Positions 51,040 through 64,000 are shown, numbered from the stretch's first letter. The stretch is 64,000 nucleotides of DNA from Rhizophagus irregularis (GCF_026210795.1 NC_089434.1:5642001-5706000); one strand, 5' to 3'. The notes: generated from the letters alone by a model not told the origin. Numbers and translations: made by a program.

Positions 51040-51665
51040 TTTGATTCTAGCGATCACTTCTGATGGAAGTTTGATAACCGGAGGCGATCGATTCAGTCAT
51101 ATTGAATTTGGATCCTATCTTTCAATTTAATTAATCTTTAAAGAGATACGTAAGCCAAAATGCCTGCGCTGATCCTGTCCTTTTGGAGTTTATAGGGTGA
51201 CGATGAAGATCGGCTATTGCCCAAGTATACTCTTTATTGATTAATTTCTTTGAGACGTTTTCGTCGATGTGCTTTGTACGATAACAATGTTGCCTCTATA
51301 ATTCCGGGCTGGATTAGAGGAAAAAGTCCTGATTGCACCTCACCCATTTTGTCGTCAGGCACAGTCTGAAACTTCCGTTTGTAAACTTTTATTTCCATAC
51401 CAACTGCATGGGTTTAGGGTGTATTTTATTCCCTAACCCTTAGACCTACTTGTTAGGTTAGGTAGGTTGCATTGCACTCTGTAGCCTACCTTTTTAATGA
51501 GTTTTATGGCCACGTTTGCTCATTTAAAAATGAATTAAACAGGTTGCCATATCATTAAACACATCGCAGCCATTTGGTGATGAAGCTATAATTGTCTAAT
51601 AAGGGTTCGCCCTGTCTGGCAATTTATGGTGGATTCAAATGGATCAAATTACAAACAATAATAAT
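51040..51665 (+). other. Structured non-coding island (possible non-LTR retroelement 3' UTR or ncRNA)
   Basis: GC-richer, no ORF. Serial hairpins with G-U pairs favouring the + strand, an AGGG-TTCG-CCCT tetraloop hairpin, and an A/AAT-rich end. Confidence 0.45.
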
Positions 51666-52399
51666 TTAGTCAAATGAGAATTCCAGGAAGGAACGAGGAT
51701 GCTTTGTCTAATTGAAAATATTTTTTTTATTTTATTTTATTTTTTATATTTTTATTTTATTTTATTTTATTTTTTTATTTTTTATTTTTCTATTTGAGAT
51801 TATTCATCGTATCCTATGTTTATTCATATCTGGTATTTTCGAATATACTTATCCTTATTATCATAGCGAGTTTTCTTAAAGCGTACCTGTGGCACCTCAT
51901 CTGACTTGGGAAGTGTCGCTGAATCTAAAGCAAGGTACCCGGTTAATCCTCAACTTTGGGTTATGAGTTATGATTTAAGCGTATAGTAATTTAATTTGAC
52001 TTACATACCAAAAACAAAAATTTGTGTATATTTTCATTTTAATTTTTTTGAAAAAATAATATTATCGTATTTAGCTTATTAATCTAATTTATCGTATGTT
52101 AATATAGAAAATTTTATTAATCAGTTTTTGATATCTTATTAAATACCTTATCCGTAATTAAATTGTTACTGTAATAAAGTAATCAATACCGTAACTTGTT
52201 TATTAATAAAAATAAACTGTAATCTATAGCTTTATCAAACCATGATATTTTTAATTTAATCAATCAATTTTTAAAAAAATTAAATGAAAATGTTTGAATT
52301 CTGATTTTTATTAAAGTCTGATTAGTATTTTTGACGATAAACCTATTTAGGCAAAAGTGTAATAATTGTAAAATTTATTTTTTTGATTTTTTATTTTTT

Positions 52400-53549
52400 G
52401 ATTTAGATTTATTTTTCTTTTTTTTCTTTTGTTGTTATTTTTGTTATTTACGACGTTATTATCAACATCATCATCGGCACCATTGTTGTCTTGAATGATG
52501 CTTTATCAGTATCATAATCATAAACCGGGATATTTTTGGTTAAACGGTTGAATTTTTCAAGTGCTTCTCTATTCAAACACCAGCTTGGTGCGCCGGCAGG
52601 TGGCACACTAACTGTTTCTGTTTTGTCTAGAACTCTTTTACATTTTAAGTTTGGTGGTTTTTTCCTTAATAACTCTACCGTTAGATCAATACGATTACGT
52701 AATAAACGTTGAAGCTTAAATAAAGAAATTAAACTATAAATTAGTGTTTATACTTTGATAAAAAATAATAAAATATACATACAGCAGGAGATCTCCACCA
52801 TCTTTCATAAATATATATCGAATTTTTTTTTGTGACTACTTCTTCTTCATCATTTTCATCATCTTCATCATCTTCGTCGGTTTCCTCCCATTCTTCGGAA
52901 TGGTAGCCTGAATCTTTTAAAATTTGAACTAGATCCTTTTCAGGATATCGGCAAATGTACTTATCTTTGTTTTGTATTAGGTAATTGGCCGCGTTTGTTC
53001 TTCTTTTTTTTTCTAACAATGTTAATTATAAAGCACAATATAATTAATTTAAAAAAAAAACTAAATTTAATAGCTTCTGTTAATTAAATAATTTACATCC
53101 TGCATCCTTGAATTCTTCATTGCTCTTCTTTTGTTACGTTTTATTTGGGCTTCCCTTGCTTTCTAATATTACTAACGCGATGGCGAGATCGCCAACGTCC
53201 ATATAACATCTTTAATAAATCACTATTTGAGACTTTATATTTTTTATTTACGAGTTTGTAAAGTGGTGGAAGCGAACTTGGTGACTATGTTATCTTTTTG
53301 CTCAGCCCATGTGAGCTCATAGTTAATACTGTATACGTCTTTTAGCTCGGAGTCGCTCCAAATAAACACTTCTTTCTGTAAAATAATAGATAAATGTAAA
53401 TAGGATAAAAGCAGAAATAATATATAAAATAATCAAATACTTGCTTTTATCGTGTTATAAGAACTTTTAGAAAAGGAAGAAGAAGAAGAAGAGGAGGAGG
53501 AGGAGGAGGAGGATGATTCATCACTAGATGATACATTATCACTATTCAT
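52400..53549 (-). pseudogene. Accessory gene of the EnSpm element, about four exons
   Basis: MNSDNVSSSDESSS..., HSEEWEETDE, RWWRSPA and PPAGAPSW, with GT-AG introns and internal frameshifts. The 3' end is approximate. Confidence 0.6.
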
Positions 53550-53862
53550 TGTTACGAAGTATAAAATCTTTTTGTTATTTTGTAAAATAAAAAATCCCGT
53601 ATAAAGTAGAGATTTCAGAACGCGAGAAAAGTTGTTTGTGTGCAAATTTATAATGATTTCAGAGATTTCAGGATGCAGATCAAGGGCTCAGAGGTAGCAA
53701 CGCGTTTGCGCAATTCTCACCAGGTAAAAGTAACGCGCTCATAAAATTCTTGTGCAATTCTTATGTATGATAAGAATTATTAAAAGCTCGTTTCTGAACG
53801 TCTTGATTACTAACTATTAAAAGTGATAGAATAAAAAATATATTTTATACATTTTAATAAAA

Positions 53863-56800
53863 ATGAGTAATAAAAAATGTAACTCTGTATCTGGATTAAT
53901 AAAGAGTAATAAAAAACGTAAAGTTGAAACCTCTGAAACCTTTGTGGCTGATTTAATAAAGCCCAAAAAAAAGTATTTGTATATTTGCAATTGTGCTCGT
54001 TGCAAAGGTGCAGAAGTTGATTCTCGCACTCAAGAGAAACATACGTATGATGATAGTTTGTGGGAATCGAGATCAAAAGATTCTAGAAAAAATCAGGAAA
54101 ATACCATCATGATAAGAAAGAAAAAAACATCATCTGTTAATAATACATATATAAATACAGAAATAAAATTGAATATATCAAAAAAGCGAGAAAGAAATAA
54201 TTACTCCGGTACATCTAGTCCAGATCAGGACTCTTCCCATCCTGGTCCTTCTTTCCAATATATTGAAGAAAATATAACATTATTTTCATCAAAACCTTCA
54301 TGTTTTCGTATTCCAGCACCTACAATTGATGAAAATAATGATGAAATCAATTATTTTGGTGAGAATTATAATGTAGATAATATAAATGAGGGGGAAGAGA
54401 ATGATGATGTAAATAATATGGATGAGGAAGAGAATGATGATGTGGATGAGGGAGAGGAGAATGATGATGTAAATAATATGGATGAGGAAGAGAATGATGA
54501 TGTGAATGAAGGAGAGGAGAATGATGATGTAGATAATATGGATGAGGAAGAGAATGATGATGTGGATGAAGGAGAGGAGAATGATGATGTAGAAGATTTT
54601 TTCGCATCTCCTAAGATTGACAATGACAATGAAGAAGCATTTATAGTGGAAAGCTTAAGTGATTCTATTAATACTGAGATTATAATATGGCTATTTAAAT
54701 TTCAACAAAGATTTCGATTGCCTGATATTGCACTTGAATCCTTAATAAAATTTTTTCATATAATTCTTATGCGCTTTGATAAGTTGCAATTTGAAAATTT
54801 TCCTACCTCATTATATATGGCAAAAATATGGTTAAACATTTTTCAACCGAAAATGCAATTAGCTGCATGTACCGATTGCCATAAATTGCATAATGTTAAA
54901 GATATTATTGCATATAAGGAAGAAGGAAAAGTTGCTATAATGAATTGCCCGTATAAAGAGTATCCAAATAATCCAATATCAAGTCGTAATCACCAATGCA
55001 ATAATCCACTTTCCATTCTCAAAAAAAATAAAGATGCAACAATTGTGGTACCTCGCATGTTTTATCCTAAGCCAAACATTCGTCAGCAATTGAGCATTTT
55101 ATATCAACGACCAGATTTTGAGAACATGTTAAAATTATCAGGGACTCAAAGAAACGAAAATAATATCTATTCAGATATTTACGATGGTAAGGTATGGAAA
55201 AATTTTCCATTTGATGGTAGTACCTTTTTTACAACAGAGACTGCCACAACCCATCTAGGTCTTCTCCTTAATCTTGATTGGTTCCAACCATTCTCCTACA
55301 CGCAGCATAGTACTGGCGCTATTTATGCGTCTATTTGCAATCTTCCAAGGTCAGAAAGGAATAAGCCCGAAAATATTATATATTTGGGTTTCTTACCAGG
55401 ACCAAAAGAGGCAGGGTTGGAACGCATTAATCATTATCTAGCTCCTATTGTAGATGAGTTATTAGAACTTTGGAAGGGGTGGAAAGTACCAAAAACTCAC
55501 CAATTTTCCAATGGTTTAGAAATAAAAGTTGCGTTAATTGTTGGATCATCTGATACTCCAGCTACACGAAAGTTATTTGGTCGTGGATCTGCAGTAATGA
55601 AATGCTATAGGTGTGATAAACGTACCACTTATAGCGAGGAATTTAGAAAAACTCATTACGGAGGAATGCAAGACTATAATGAATGGGTAACAAAGCCTGC
55701 AGATCTTTTATTACATAGACAATATGCTCATGAATGGTTGCAATGTAACTCAAAGTCCTCAGAGAACGCATTTTAAAGTACGTGGTATAAGATGGACTGA
55801 AGTGCTTCGCTACAATCATCATGGATCCTATACGATTTGCTGTAGTGGATCCTATGCATTGTCTTTTTCTCGGTGTTGCAAAATGGATAATCAAATCCAT
55901 TTTTGTAAACCAAAAAAAATTAACTATGGAACAACTTCGTGTAGCACAAAACAGAATGGATAATATTGATTTACCTTCTGACATTGGTAGAATTCCTCCA
56001 AAGATTGCAATCGGAAATGATGGGTTTTCTAACTTAACTGCTGATCAATGGAAGACCTTTATTATGATTTATTCTACATCTATATTATGGGATATGCTAG
56101 ATGATAATGATAGAAAGATCTTAGGGCATTTTGTTCGAGCTTGTAATCTTTTAGTAGCAAGATTTATTACAGATGATGATTTGAAGGAGGCGCAAGAGAG
56201 GTTAAAAGATATGGCCTACCTTATAGAATATACATATGGACCAGAATTTATAACAAGCAATATACATCTCGCACTTCATATCCCTGATTGCTGTCGTGAT
56301 TATGGTCCTATATATAGTTTTTGGCTTTTCCCGTTTGAAAGACTTAATGGATATATAGGTAAATTTACTTCAGTGTCTTTCAATTGTCTTTAGTACCTTT
56401 ATTAAAAAAATTCCTGTTATTTAGGATCATATCCTAATAGTAACCGACAAATAGAACCCGAATTAATGAAAATTGTTCTTAAAAACACTTTGGTGGATTA
56501 TCACTTATCATGTAAATGGACATCTGGCCTTCTAGATGAATCTCTCCATCTTCTTGTACCAAAAAAAGCTGTAGGAAGTTTAGCAATCACAGCAGAAAGG
56601 GAGGAACTGCAGCATTTTCTATTCATGAGACATAAGTACGTCTATGGTTTCCAAAATATATGGCACTGAACCATTACCTGGCCAAATGCTTAACCCATCG
56701 TATATCAATGTCGTTATGCCTTTGGAGTTGCGAGGATTTCTATGTGAATGGTATGCAATATTATATGAAAAGGAAAAAGAAGATGTGTTAGGATTTATGG

Positions 56801-57244
56801 ATTTGCATATGAATCAGCATGCAAGACTACAAATTGGCGCCGAAATATTTGGATCTATGATTTCTGGTCGCCATGAAAAAAATGCGAATATATTTGCAAA
56901 ATGGAAAGCAGCTAATGATGATTCAGTTGACACTTATCCGGGTGAAGTCCAATATTATTTCGAGCATGCCCTTAGATTTCCAGAAGGAACGAAAACTCAC
57001 CTCCTAGCATATGTCAAGTGGTATAAACCTGCACCTTCTTTTAGTATTCGGTTTAAACATAGTTTTATGGAGCCAGAAATATCGAAATACCGAATTATGG
57101 AAAGCTGAATACTTTCAAGAAGGTTGTGATTCCCTGTTAGCGGTTCATAGGATATTATGTCGAGCTACAAAATTTAGAAATATTACGGTAGGAAAACAAA
57201 AATATTTGTCGATTATACCTTTGAATAGAAGATTTAACTTGTAG
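53863..57244 (+). pseudogene. EnSpm/CACTA (Transposase_21/Tnp2-like) transposase, frameshifted
   Basis: DIYDGKVW, LNLDWFQPF, ICNLPRSER, GFLPGPKE, VDPMHCLFLG and YGPIYSFWLFPFERLNG. One intron at about 56359-56424 and several frameshifts. Confidence 0.92.
54370..54595 (+). repeat. 60-bp coding tandem repeat (EGEENDDVNNMDEEENDDVD)
   Basis: About 3.7 in-frame copies in the acidic linker of the transposase. Confidence 0.95.
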
Positions 57245-57935
57245 TATGCCACACCAAATAAAGAAAATGATGACACATTTGATTTCCATTTTAAGGCTTA
57301 GTGATAATCGTGTATAATATAAGCAAGAAGATAGTATGTCTCGTGACTTTCATCAAATGAAAAATTATTAATCGCGTATTACATAAGCATAATTTTTGCT
57401 CAACGAATTCGTTTAACGCGCTCAACATTAATTCAACTTTTGAAAATTAACATTAAATCAATCCAAGATGTAAAATTAATAAAATTAATTAATTTTTTTT
57501 CGCATTAGTAAGTCGTAATAAATAAATGTTAATTTTTACGTAAGAATAATACCGGGCCTAATTTACAAAATTTTTAATCACTTTTAATGGCTAATTTTTT
57601 TTTTTGTACGATGGAAAACAATGGAAGATCGACATTTTAATCACTTTTAATGGACAAGAGACGGAGTTTTACGAATTCTCTGTTTTGTGAATTTTATGAT
57701 ATAATATCATGAATCAACAAAATCATTTTGAAATGGTGTTACATTAAAAATTGTACTAATAATTAAAAAATGAAATGATGTAATATCATGATAATTGAAT
57801 GGCATAATTAGAATTGTTACAAGAACTTTCTCGCATTTTTTTGATAATCAATACTAATTAATAATCAATACATATTTTTTTTTATCAAATATGTTTCCAA
57901 ATATTCTAAACAATTTTTTAACAAAATTTCAAACA

Positions 57936-58802
57936 ATGTCCTCATCTTCAACTGATTCAACCACCGTCAATGATACCAATACCATCAATGTCAATACTAC
58001 CTCCATTTTCGACACTATAACTTATTCTTCCGGCCGGGTGGAGTGGTCGGATGACCAAATCGCAGTTTTGATTGAGCAGCGGAGGTCAAGAAACTTCGAG
58101 TACCATTATCAAATTGCAGGAAGAAGTAGAAAAAGATTCTGGAATTCCGTTGCGAATAAAGTAAATGAGAGGTGTGGAAGCAATTATTCGGGCAAACAGT
58201 GCCAAACAAAATTCAATGGATTAGTGACCAGTTATCACGTGAGTTAAATATTAATAAAAATTTGTTGTAATAGTAATTTTAATACTTATTTAACACTTAA
58301 TACTTTAGGATCAATTATTAGTGATTGCAAACGATCCGAGAGGGGCAAGAAGCCGTGCTGGTGCCATTTATTTTGAAGTCATGAATACACGGTTTTGGGA
58401 AAAACCAGGTAAGAACTTTTAAATCTAACAACATTACATAATCAACAAAATGATTATATTAAAGAGGTAAATTGTTTTATTTAATATGATTTAATATGTT
58501 TCTAGATGATCAGTTTGTACAGGCTTCAATTGGTGTTAATAAAACTCAACACAGACGAAACAATAGAAGGAATGGTATGTAAAGTATAAAAGTTTAATCA
58601 AATTATAAATTTTTATTGATTTTCTTAATATTTTATAGCACGTGGGAGCCGGAATACTCAAAATACGAATACGAATACTCAAAATACAGAAGATCGAAAT
58701 GGTAAGTACAAAATTTATTAATTTTTTTTTCTTTTTTAGTCGTAAATACAAAATTTATTAATTTCTTTTCCTTTTTTAGTCGATGATGATAATAATGAAT
58801 GA
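57936..58802 (+). CDS. Myb/SANT-like DNA-binding protein, five exons, apparently intact
   Basis: WSDDQIAVLIEQRR...FWNSVANKVN...SGKQCQTKFNGLVTSYH|DQ...GAIYFEVMNTRFWEKP|, homologous to 15529-16153. Confidence 0.8.
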
Positions 58803-60444
58803 GTTTTTATTTTCTATCATTTTTTCACAATTGTTTATTATCATTTATTATCATTATCATTTTATTATCATTTGTTAGCTTTTTGTTATACACCATTGAT
58901 TATAATATCACTAATACACACACCACCCGATCAACCCTCAATCTATCATATCACTTATTATTGTTCACAATCGTTTATTATCGTTTATGAAAGTGGCGAG
59001 GAAAAGTTAAGGGGAGGGTATTACCAAATAAAAAAGTCTTCAAATAATGCTAAACTTAATGCGGAATATTTTTAAAATGTATAATTATTAATAATTTGAG
59101 CTCTATTAGCAACTGTAACTTTGATAAGAATTACAAGCAAAAAATATTTGTGGTAATTCTAAAATTTTGAATATCTTGTATTTTGGTACTTACGTCCCAT
59201 TCAAATGTTAATACATTAGCTTTAATAGGTACGCACCATTCCGGAGCTTCAAAATCTTCCCAACAAATCTCTGTAATTATATAAAATTAGTATGATTTGA
59301 TGCAAGAATCAAATAATACTTAATAATTGATACATGACTATCATCAAAATTTTCAGCGCCGCTAAAAATTAAAGCCTTTTCTATAAGATCCTTAAATGAT
59401 ATCCAATGCTCTTAAAAATTGTTTTCGTTATGCTAATTAATTTATTGGTCCCTTTCAATTACTGATCATCTGGCAGACTGCCATACACCAATTTTTTTGT
59501 TCGTTCGTCCAGATCGCTAAAAAAAGAAAAGGGAACGTTAATTACGTTCCCCCTTGAAGTAAAAACTAAAAAAGAACGAAACATACCTTTGTTTCGTTCA
59601 AGTTCCTGGGTGTTCGGCTTGTTCGTTCGTCCAGGTCACTAAAAAAAGAAAAGGGAACGTTAATTACATTCCCTGGAAGTAAAAACAAAGAAAAAGAACG
59701 AACTTTATTTTGGTTCGTTCGTTTAAGAAAGCCTGGTCGTTCAAATTACCAATCCAAAAAGCCGATATCTACAAAAAAAAAGAAGTAAAAAAGAAAAAAG
59801 TTAAAAAAGATTATCATTTGGCACACAAACCATAATTGACTAGTCCGATCAGCCGATTCTTCGTTACCGTTGGTCAATAGTGTGACGATTCATGACCAAT
59901 ATTAACAATATTCTTCAACCGGTATTATTGATAATATTTTTACAAAAAAATATCAAAATGATATTATTGTATAAATATATATATATTATTAAGATATAAA
60001 AATTTCTTATAAAAAACCTATTTCTCCTATAGAGAAACAAACCATTTGGTTAAATATTAAGCCGAGTATTTAGTAAGTTTTTTTTTAATTATATTTAAAA
60101 AAAAAAGAAATTATCTTTAATATTTTGTGTATATTTCTTATTTGGTTTTTTTTATTATTTGAAATTTTTCTCATATAATATCTATTATTTTACTGTCTAC
60201 TCCAATTTTACCAACAAATCTAAGTAATGTTGATATCTTCCAATGTTTTACATGTAAAGGTTTAAATTAGCGTAATACAATAATACGTATATATAATATT
60301 TTTTGTAAAGATTTGTATAAACTCCCAAAAATGTTTATAAATGAATTCAAAAAAATATTGGTTTTTTTTCAAATTCATCACTTCACCAAAACCAGATCAA
60401 AAGCTGTTGCTGTAACTTGTACAGAAAGCCAGTTTTTTGCCACA

Positions 60445-61148
60445 TTTGGCAGTAGCTGTGAATGAGTACTGGCCAAAAATATTATTATGAATTTAGAACA
60501 AGATTTTGGAAGAGGCCAGGTAATTATATTATAATAAAATTTTATAATTAATATTACATTCTATTTTACGTTCACATTTTAAATTTGATAAATTTGATCA
60601 ATTTTAGTTACGCGTGACAATCGTAGGAGAAGGAGAAACTTACCTACGTATCGTAGAAGAAGATAATTATTTTTATTTTTTTATTTATTAAGTGAATAGC
60701 TAGGCCCAGTCCGTACCAAATATCGGCTGGAGACTTACGTTTTTTTGGGCTGTAACTGATACTGACGTTCATGCCGTACAGCCTGGATACTATTTTATAG
60801 TAAAATAGTAGCGAACAAGTATCAAATGTGTATTTTTTATTAAGTTATAATAAAAATTAGAATTTACTTTAATTTTTAACATAAAAATTGTAAATAATAA
60901 AAAAATCTGCTTTCCCAAACTTAAAAGAAAAGGTGTTAATATTATTTTTGATTATTCAATAGTATCACATGCCCTTGTATACGTTCTACTGCATACGCAG
61001 CTTTAACGATCAAATAGTAATAATATTACGCAGGTTTACAGTCTCGTAAATTTTCAAAATATTTTAACCGTAATATTACGCAGGTTTACAGTCTCGTAAA
61101 TTTTTGAAATATTTTAACCGTAATATTACGCAGGTTTACAGTTTCGTC
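60445..61148 (+). mobile_element. Fragment of a Plavaka-family right arm (Myb exons 3-4, 3' region, about 2.5 50-bp repeats)
   Basis: Colinear and highly similar to about 15945-16650. No TIR. Confidence 0.9.
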
Positions 61149-61591
61149 ACTAAAATCACATGACATTTATGCATGTATATTAATAACCAATTAAAATCGC
61201 TTTGATTACATGTGATATCTAAAATTAATGCGCGATTTTTTTTGTTTATTTTCAAAAATACACTTTTCTCTTCTTACTTATCTTTTATTAACGCTTTACG
61301 GTTCGTCTCTTCTTTTCTCTTTTATCCAAGTATACTTTACTTATCTTTTACAATATTAACAATACTTTGGCACTTTAGTTTATATATTTAATATAGTAAG
61401 ACATACTCATCTACTATATACAAAAGAAAAGAATAAAAAAAAGGAAAAAATGTACCCCTACCCACATACAAAAAAGAGAAAATTCTCTTTTAAATAAATA
61501 GTGGAACTGTTAAGCAAGGTATGAAAATAGGATATACGCGTATTTTTCATATTTTTCTTTACAATAGTGGTTTGAGTCTTTCTTTGTGGTA

Positions 61592-61754
61592 TAAGTGTGA
61601 ATATATTTTTCAACGGCCATGTATCTATTGCTTGTTAAATATATTTGCAATTTCTTGTCTTTCTTTGTTAGACTGTGGTATTACAATATGAAGTGTGAAT
61701 ATATTTTTCAACGGCCATGTATCTATTGCTTGTTAAATATATTTGCAATTTCTT
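61592..61754. repeat. Direct duplication of about 63 bp
   Basis: AAGTGTGAATATATTTTTCAACGGCCATGTATCTATTGC occurs twice, about 99 bp apart. Confidence 0.85.
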
Positions 61755-62239
61755 TTGTAATATTTGCTTTAGCCTGGAGGAAAATGTTATGAAATAGGGC
61801 TGGATATTTTATGACATTTTCTGCCTTCCAATTACTTTGTCCGGGGTAGCCTGACAATTTGTCGTTGTCCGTCAGTTGTAGCAACCAGCATTTTTTTACG
61901 ATTTTAAGAAACAAAACTTTTTCAAAAATTTAATAAAGAAAGAACTAACTTAAAAATATTATTTTATTATTCTTTACAAAACGCTGGCGCTGGAGTATTT
62001 TTTCTCTCGCTTATCAAATCCCAACATGTCCAAAGACTAATCATGTAGTACGCTGTGGTCTGGAACCACCTGAGATTTTTGACTACCTAGGGATGAAGTT
62101 GTAGGATACTTGTACCCGATAGGCTAGCCTCCTCTGACTTAGGGTCTCATTAATCGGGAGATGAGGTGGTTCCTAAGTACCTTCCACATCAAGGGCGGAC
62201 ATTTTTTGATACTGTGCGTCAAGGTGGTAATCCTATATC

Positions 62240-62780
62240 TGCGAATTCAAGAAAAAAAACTCTAAATCAAAAGAATTTGGAAGCAACACATATCAAGGTA
62301 ATCTAAGCATTCTTTTTAAAAAAATTTAATCAAAAATTAATTTGGTTTATATATAGTAAACTCAAGAAAAAGAAGATCTAATCATATATCTTCAGAAGAA
62401 TATGAGAGTAACGCACATCAAGGTAATTTAAATATTTATTTTTTTTATTTATTAAAGAAAAATAATTAACAAGATCTATTTTCTCTTTAAACAGCAAACT
62501 TCAAAAAAAGAGGTGAAATAAATACAAAGGTATATTTTTTTACTAATTTTTATTTATATTTTCTTTTTTTCTAACCTACTAACGTTTGTTTTTACTAATA
62601 TATTTTACTACTAAACATACTAATAACATTTTCTATTACTAACCATTTTTTACTAACATTTTTTTAATACTATTCTTTTTCTTTTACGAATACATTATTC
62701 ATACTAATATCTTTATTACTAAAATACTATTTCTTTCTTTTAAATATTAAACAGATAAAAATAAGCGCCATTTGTAGATA
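62240..62780 (+). other. Short spliced exons of a possible small basic peptide or ncRNA
   Basis: CAAG|GTAAT...TAG, CAAG|GTAAT...CAG and AAAG|GTAT...CAG junctions give ...TYQVNSRKRRSNHISSEEYESNAHQANFKKRGEINTK. Confidence 0.4.
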
Positions 62781-63319
62781 ACAGATATCTAATTATTTAT
62801 ATAGCTATATAGAATAATATATTTTTTTGTAATCTTTTTTATTATTAATTAAAAAACAATAAAACTTTTAATTTAATTGAAAATAAGAATAAAATTTGTG
62901 TAATAAAATTTTACTTTAGCCCGAATTAAAATTAAAAATTAATCTGAAATTATAATTTTGCCCAGATTAAATTATAATATTATATGAAAAAATTATCTAT
63001 CGTATTGTCAGATAAATGTACGATATGTATCCTATATTTACCCGATATCTATATAACATGTGTCCGATATTATACTGACCAATATCTATATGATATTTAT
63101 ACGACATGTATAAGATATGTGCCCGATATTATACTACCCGATATATGTGTAATATGTGCACGATATCTATAATATATATCACCGAACTTCTGCATAAACA
63201 TTACAGATATCAGGTACCCGATATGTGTGTAATTGTTGCATATCGTATACATATCATATACATATCCTACATATATCTGATACCCGATATGCAACCGATA
63301 GCCTCGATTTTGACCTGTG

Positions 63320-63582
63320 AACATGCGTGCTTTCAAAGTTTCATTTAATTCATCTTCATTTTCTGGAACCCTTCACACATAATTAATGGTTCCTAAATAA
63401 TTGCCTTGATGATATCTAAAAAAATAAAATAAATAAAATTACATTATTGTTTATATATTTTATAAAAATTATTTTTTATATCAAATACTAATACTAACCT
63501 ATATACACCTATTGGAAATGTGAGCTGCAATTCTTTTATGAACCGATATCGTTTCATAATATCAATTGGAAGATATTGCTTA
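63320..63582 (-). pseudogene. Inverted continuation of the 49170-50127 gene
   Basis: Reads KQYLPIDIMKRYRFIKELQLTFPIGVYR|YHQGNYLGTINYV with one intron, continuing ...YEYINIKQ. Confidence 0.7.
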
Positions 63583-64000
63583 TAGTGCTCCTAACAGATC
63601 GATCAGATCAGATTTTACTAGATTCAATCTGATCTGAAATTATAAATCTATCTGATCTGATCTGATCTGAATCAGATCGGTTTAAATTTAATCTAAATCA
63701 GATCAGATCGTATCAGATTTTACTTGGGATTCAATCTGCTGATCTGAAATTAATTAAAGTTGATCTCGATCGATCTCGAATCAGATCGGTTTAAATTTAA
63801 TCTAAATCAGATCAGATTTAATTAGATTCAAATCTGATCTGATCTGATTCGAAACTGATTAAATCTGATCTGATCTGAATCTGATCTGATCTGATTTGAA
63901 TCTGATTTGAATCTGAATAAATATATTATAAATTCTAAAGCTATAATTTGTAAATATGTAATTCGGCCAGAATTATGCACTTAACTCCGGCAGGAATTAT
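63583..64000. mobile_element. Terminus of a hAT-like element with GATCA/ATCTG pentamer subterminal repeats
   Basis: Starts TAGTGCTCC. The adjacent 8-mer ATTGCTTA is the reverse complement of TAAGCAAT at 50118-50125 (a split TSD). Confidence 0.6.

Larger units (their letters stand above)
50128..63319 (+). mobile_element. EnSpm/CACTA-type transposon, ~13.2 kb
   Basis: TIR CACAGGTCAAAA / TTTTGACCTGTG, ATATCGGGTAC / TACCCGATAT subterminal repeats, Tnp2-like transposase. No TSD. Confidence 0.85.

Noticed and set aside
51410..51442. Telomerase RNA template (CCCTAACCCT)
   Set aside because: The motif is paired with the upstream GGGTTTAGGG in a hairpin and lies in a transposon. No other telomerase RNA element was recognised.
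62060..62130. TPP riboswitch (CTGAGA)
   Set aside because: The downstream CCTGAT and GCG.AGGGA elements are absent.

Overview
Very AT-rich eukaryotic DNA with many short (about 60-100 nt) GT-AG introns. The style and TE repertoire resemble an arbuscular-mycorrhizal (Glomeromycota, Rhizophagus-like) nuclear genome; this is an inference. Most of the window is a deeply nested transposon field. It holds a decayed hAT transposase, a Plavaka-type CMC element (7487-17101), a full-length Ty3/Gypsy LTR element (21484-35098, 609-bp LTRs, ACGA TSD), Zator-like elements, an EnSpm/CACTA element (50128-63319) and many MITEs whose TIRs and TSDs can be read directly. One large host gene (~38681-48158, about 33 exons) encodes a GBP/VLIG-type GTPase followed by Cys/His-rich repeats and a vWA domain. 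The most unusual signals are: (1) a non-autonomous CATC element built from about 21 tandem micro-exon plus hairpin-intron units; (2) two different CMC transposons with the same three-gene layout, including an intact Myb/SANT gene; (3) gag and pol joined in frame by a TGA-CTA readthrough context, with a long acidic pre-Gag extension and a separate integrase ORF; (4) a transposon-bounded inversion; (5) structured-RNA islands inside the EnSpm element. All coordinates were read by eye and no database searches were run.
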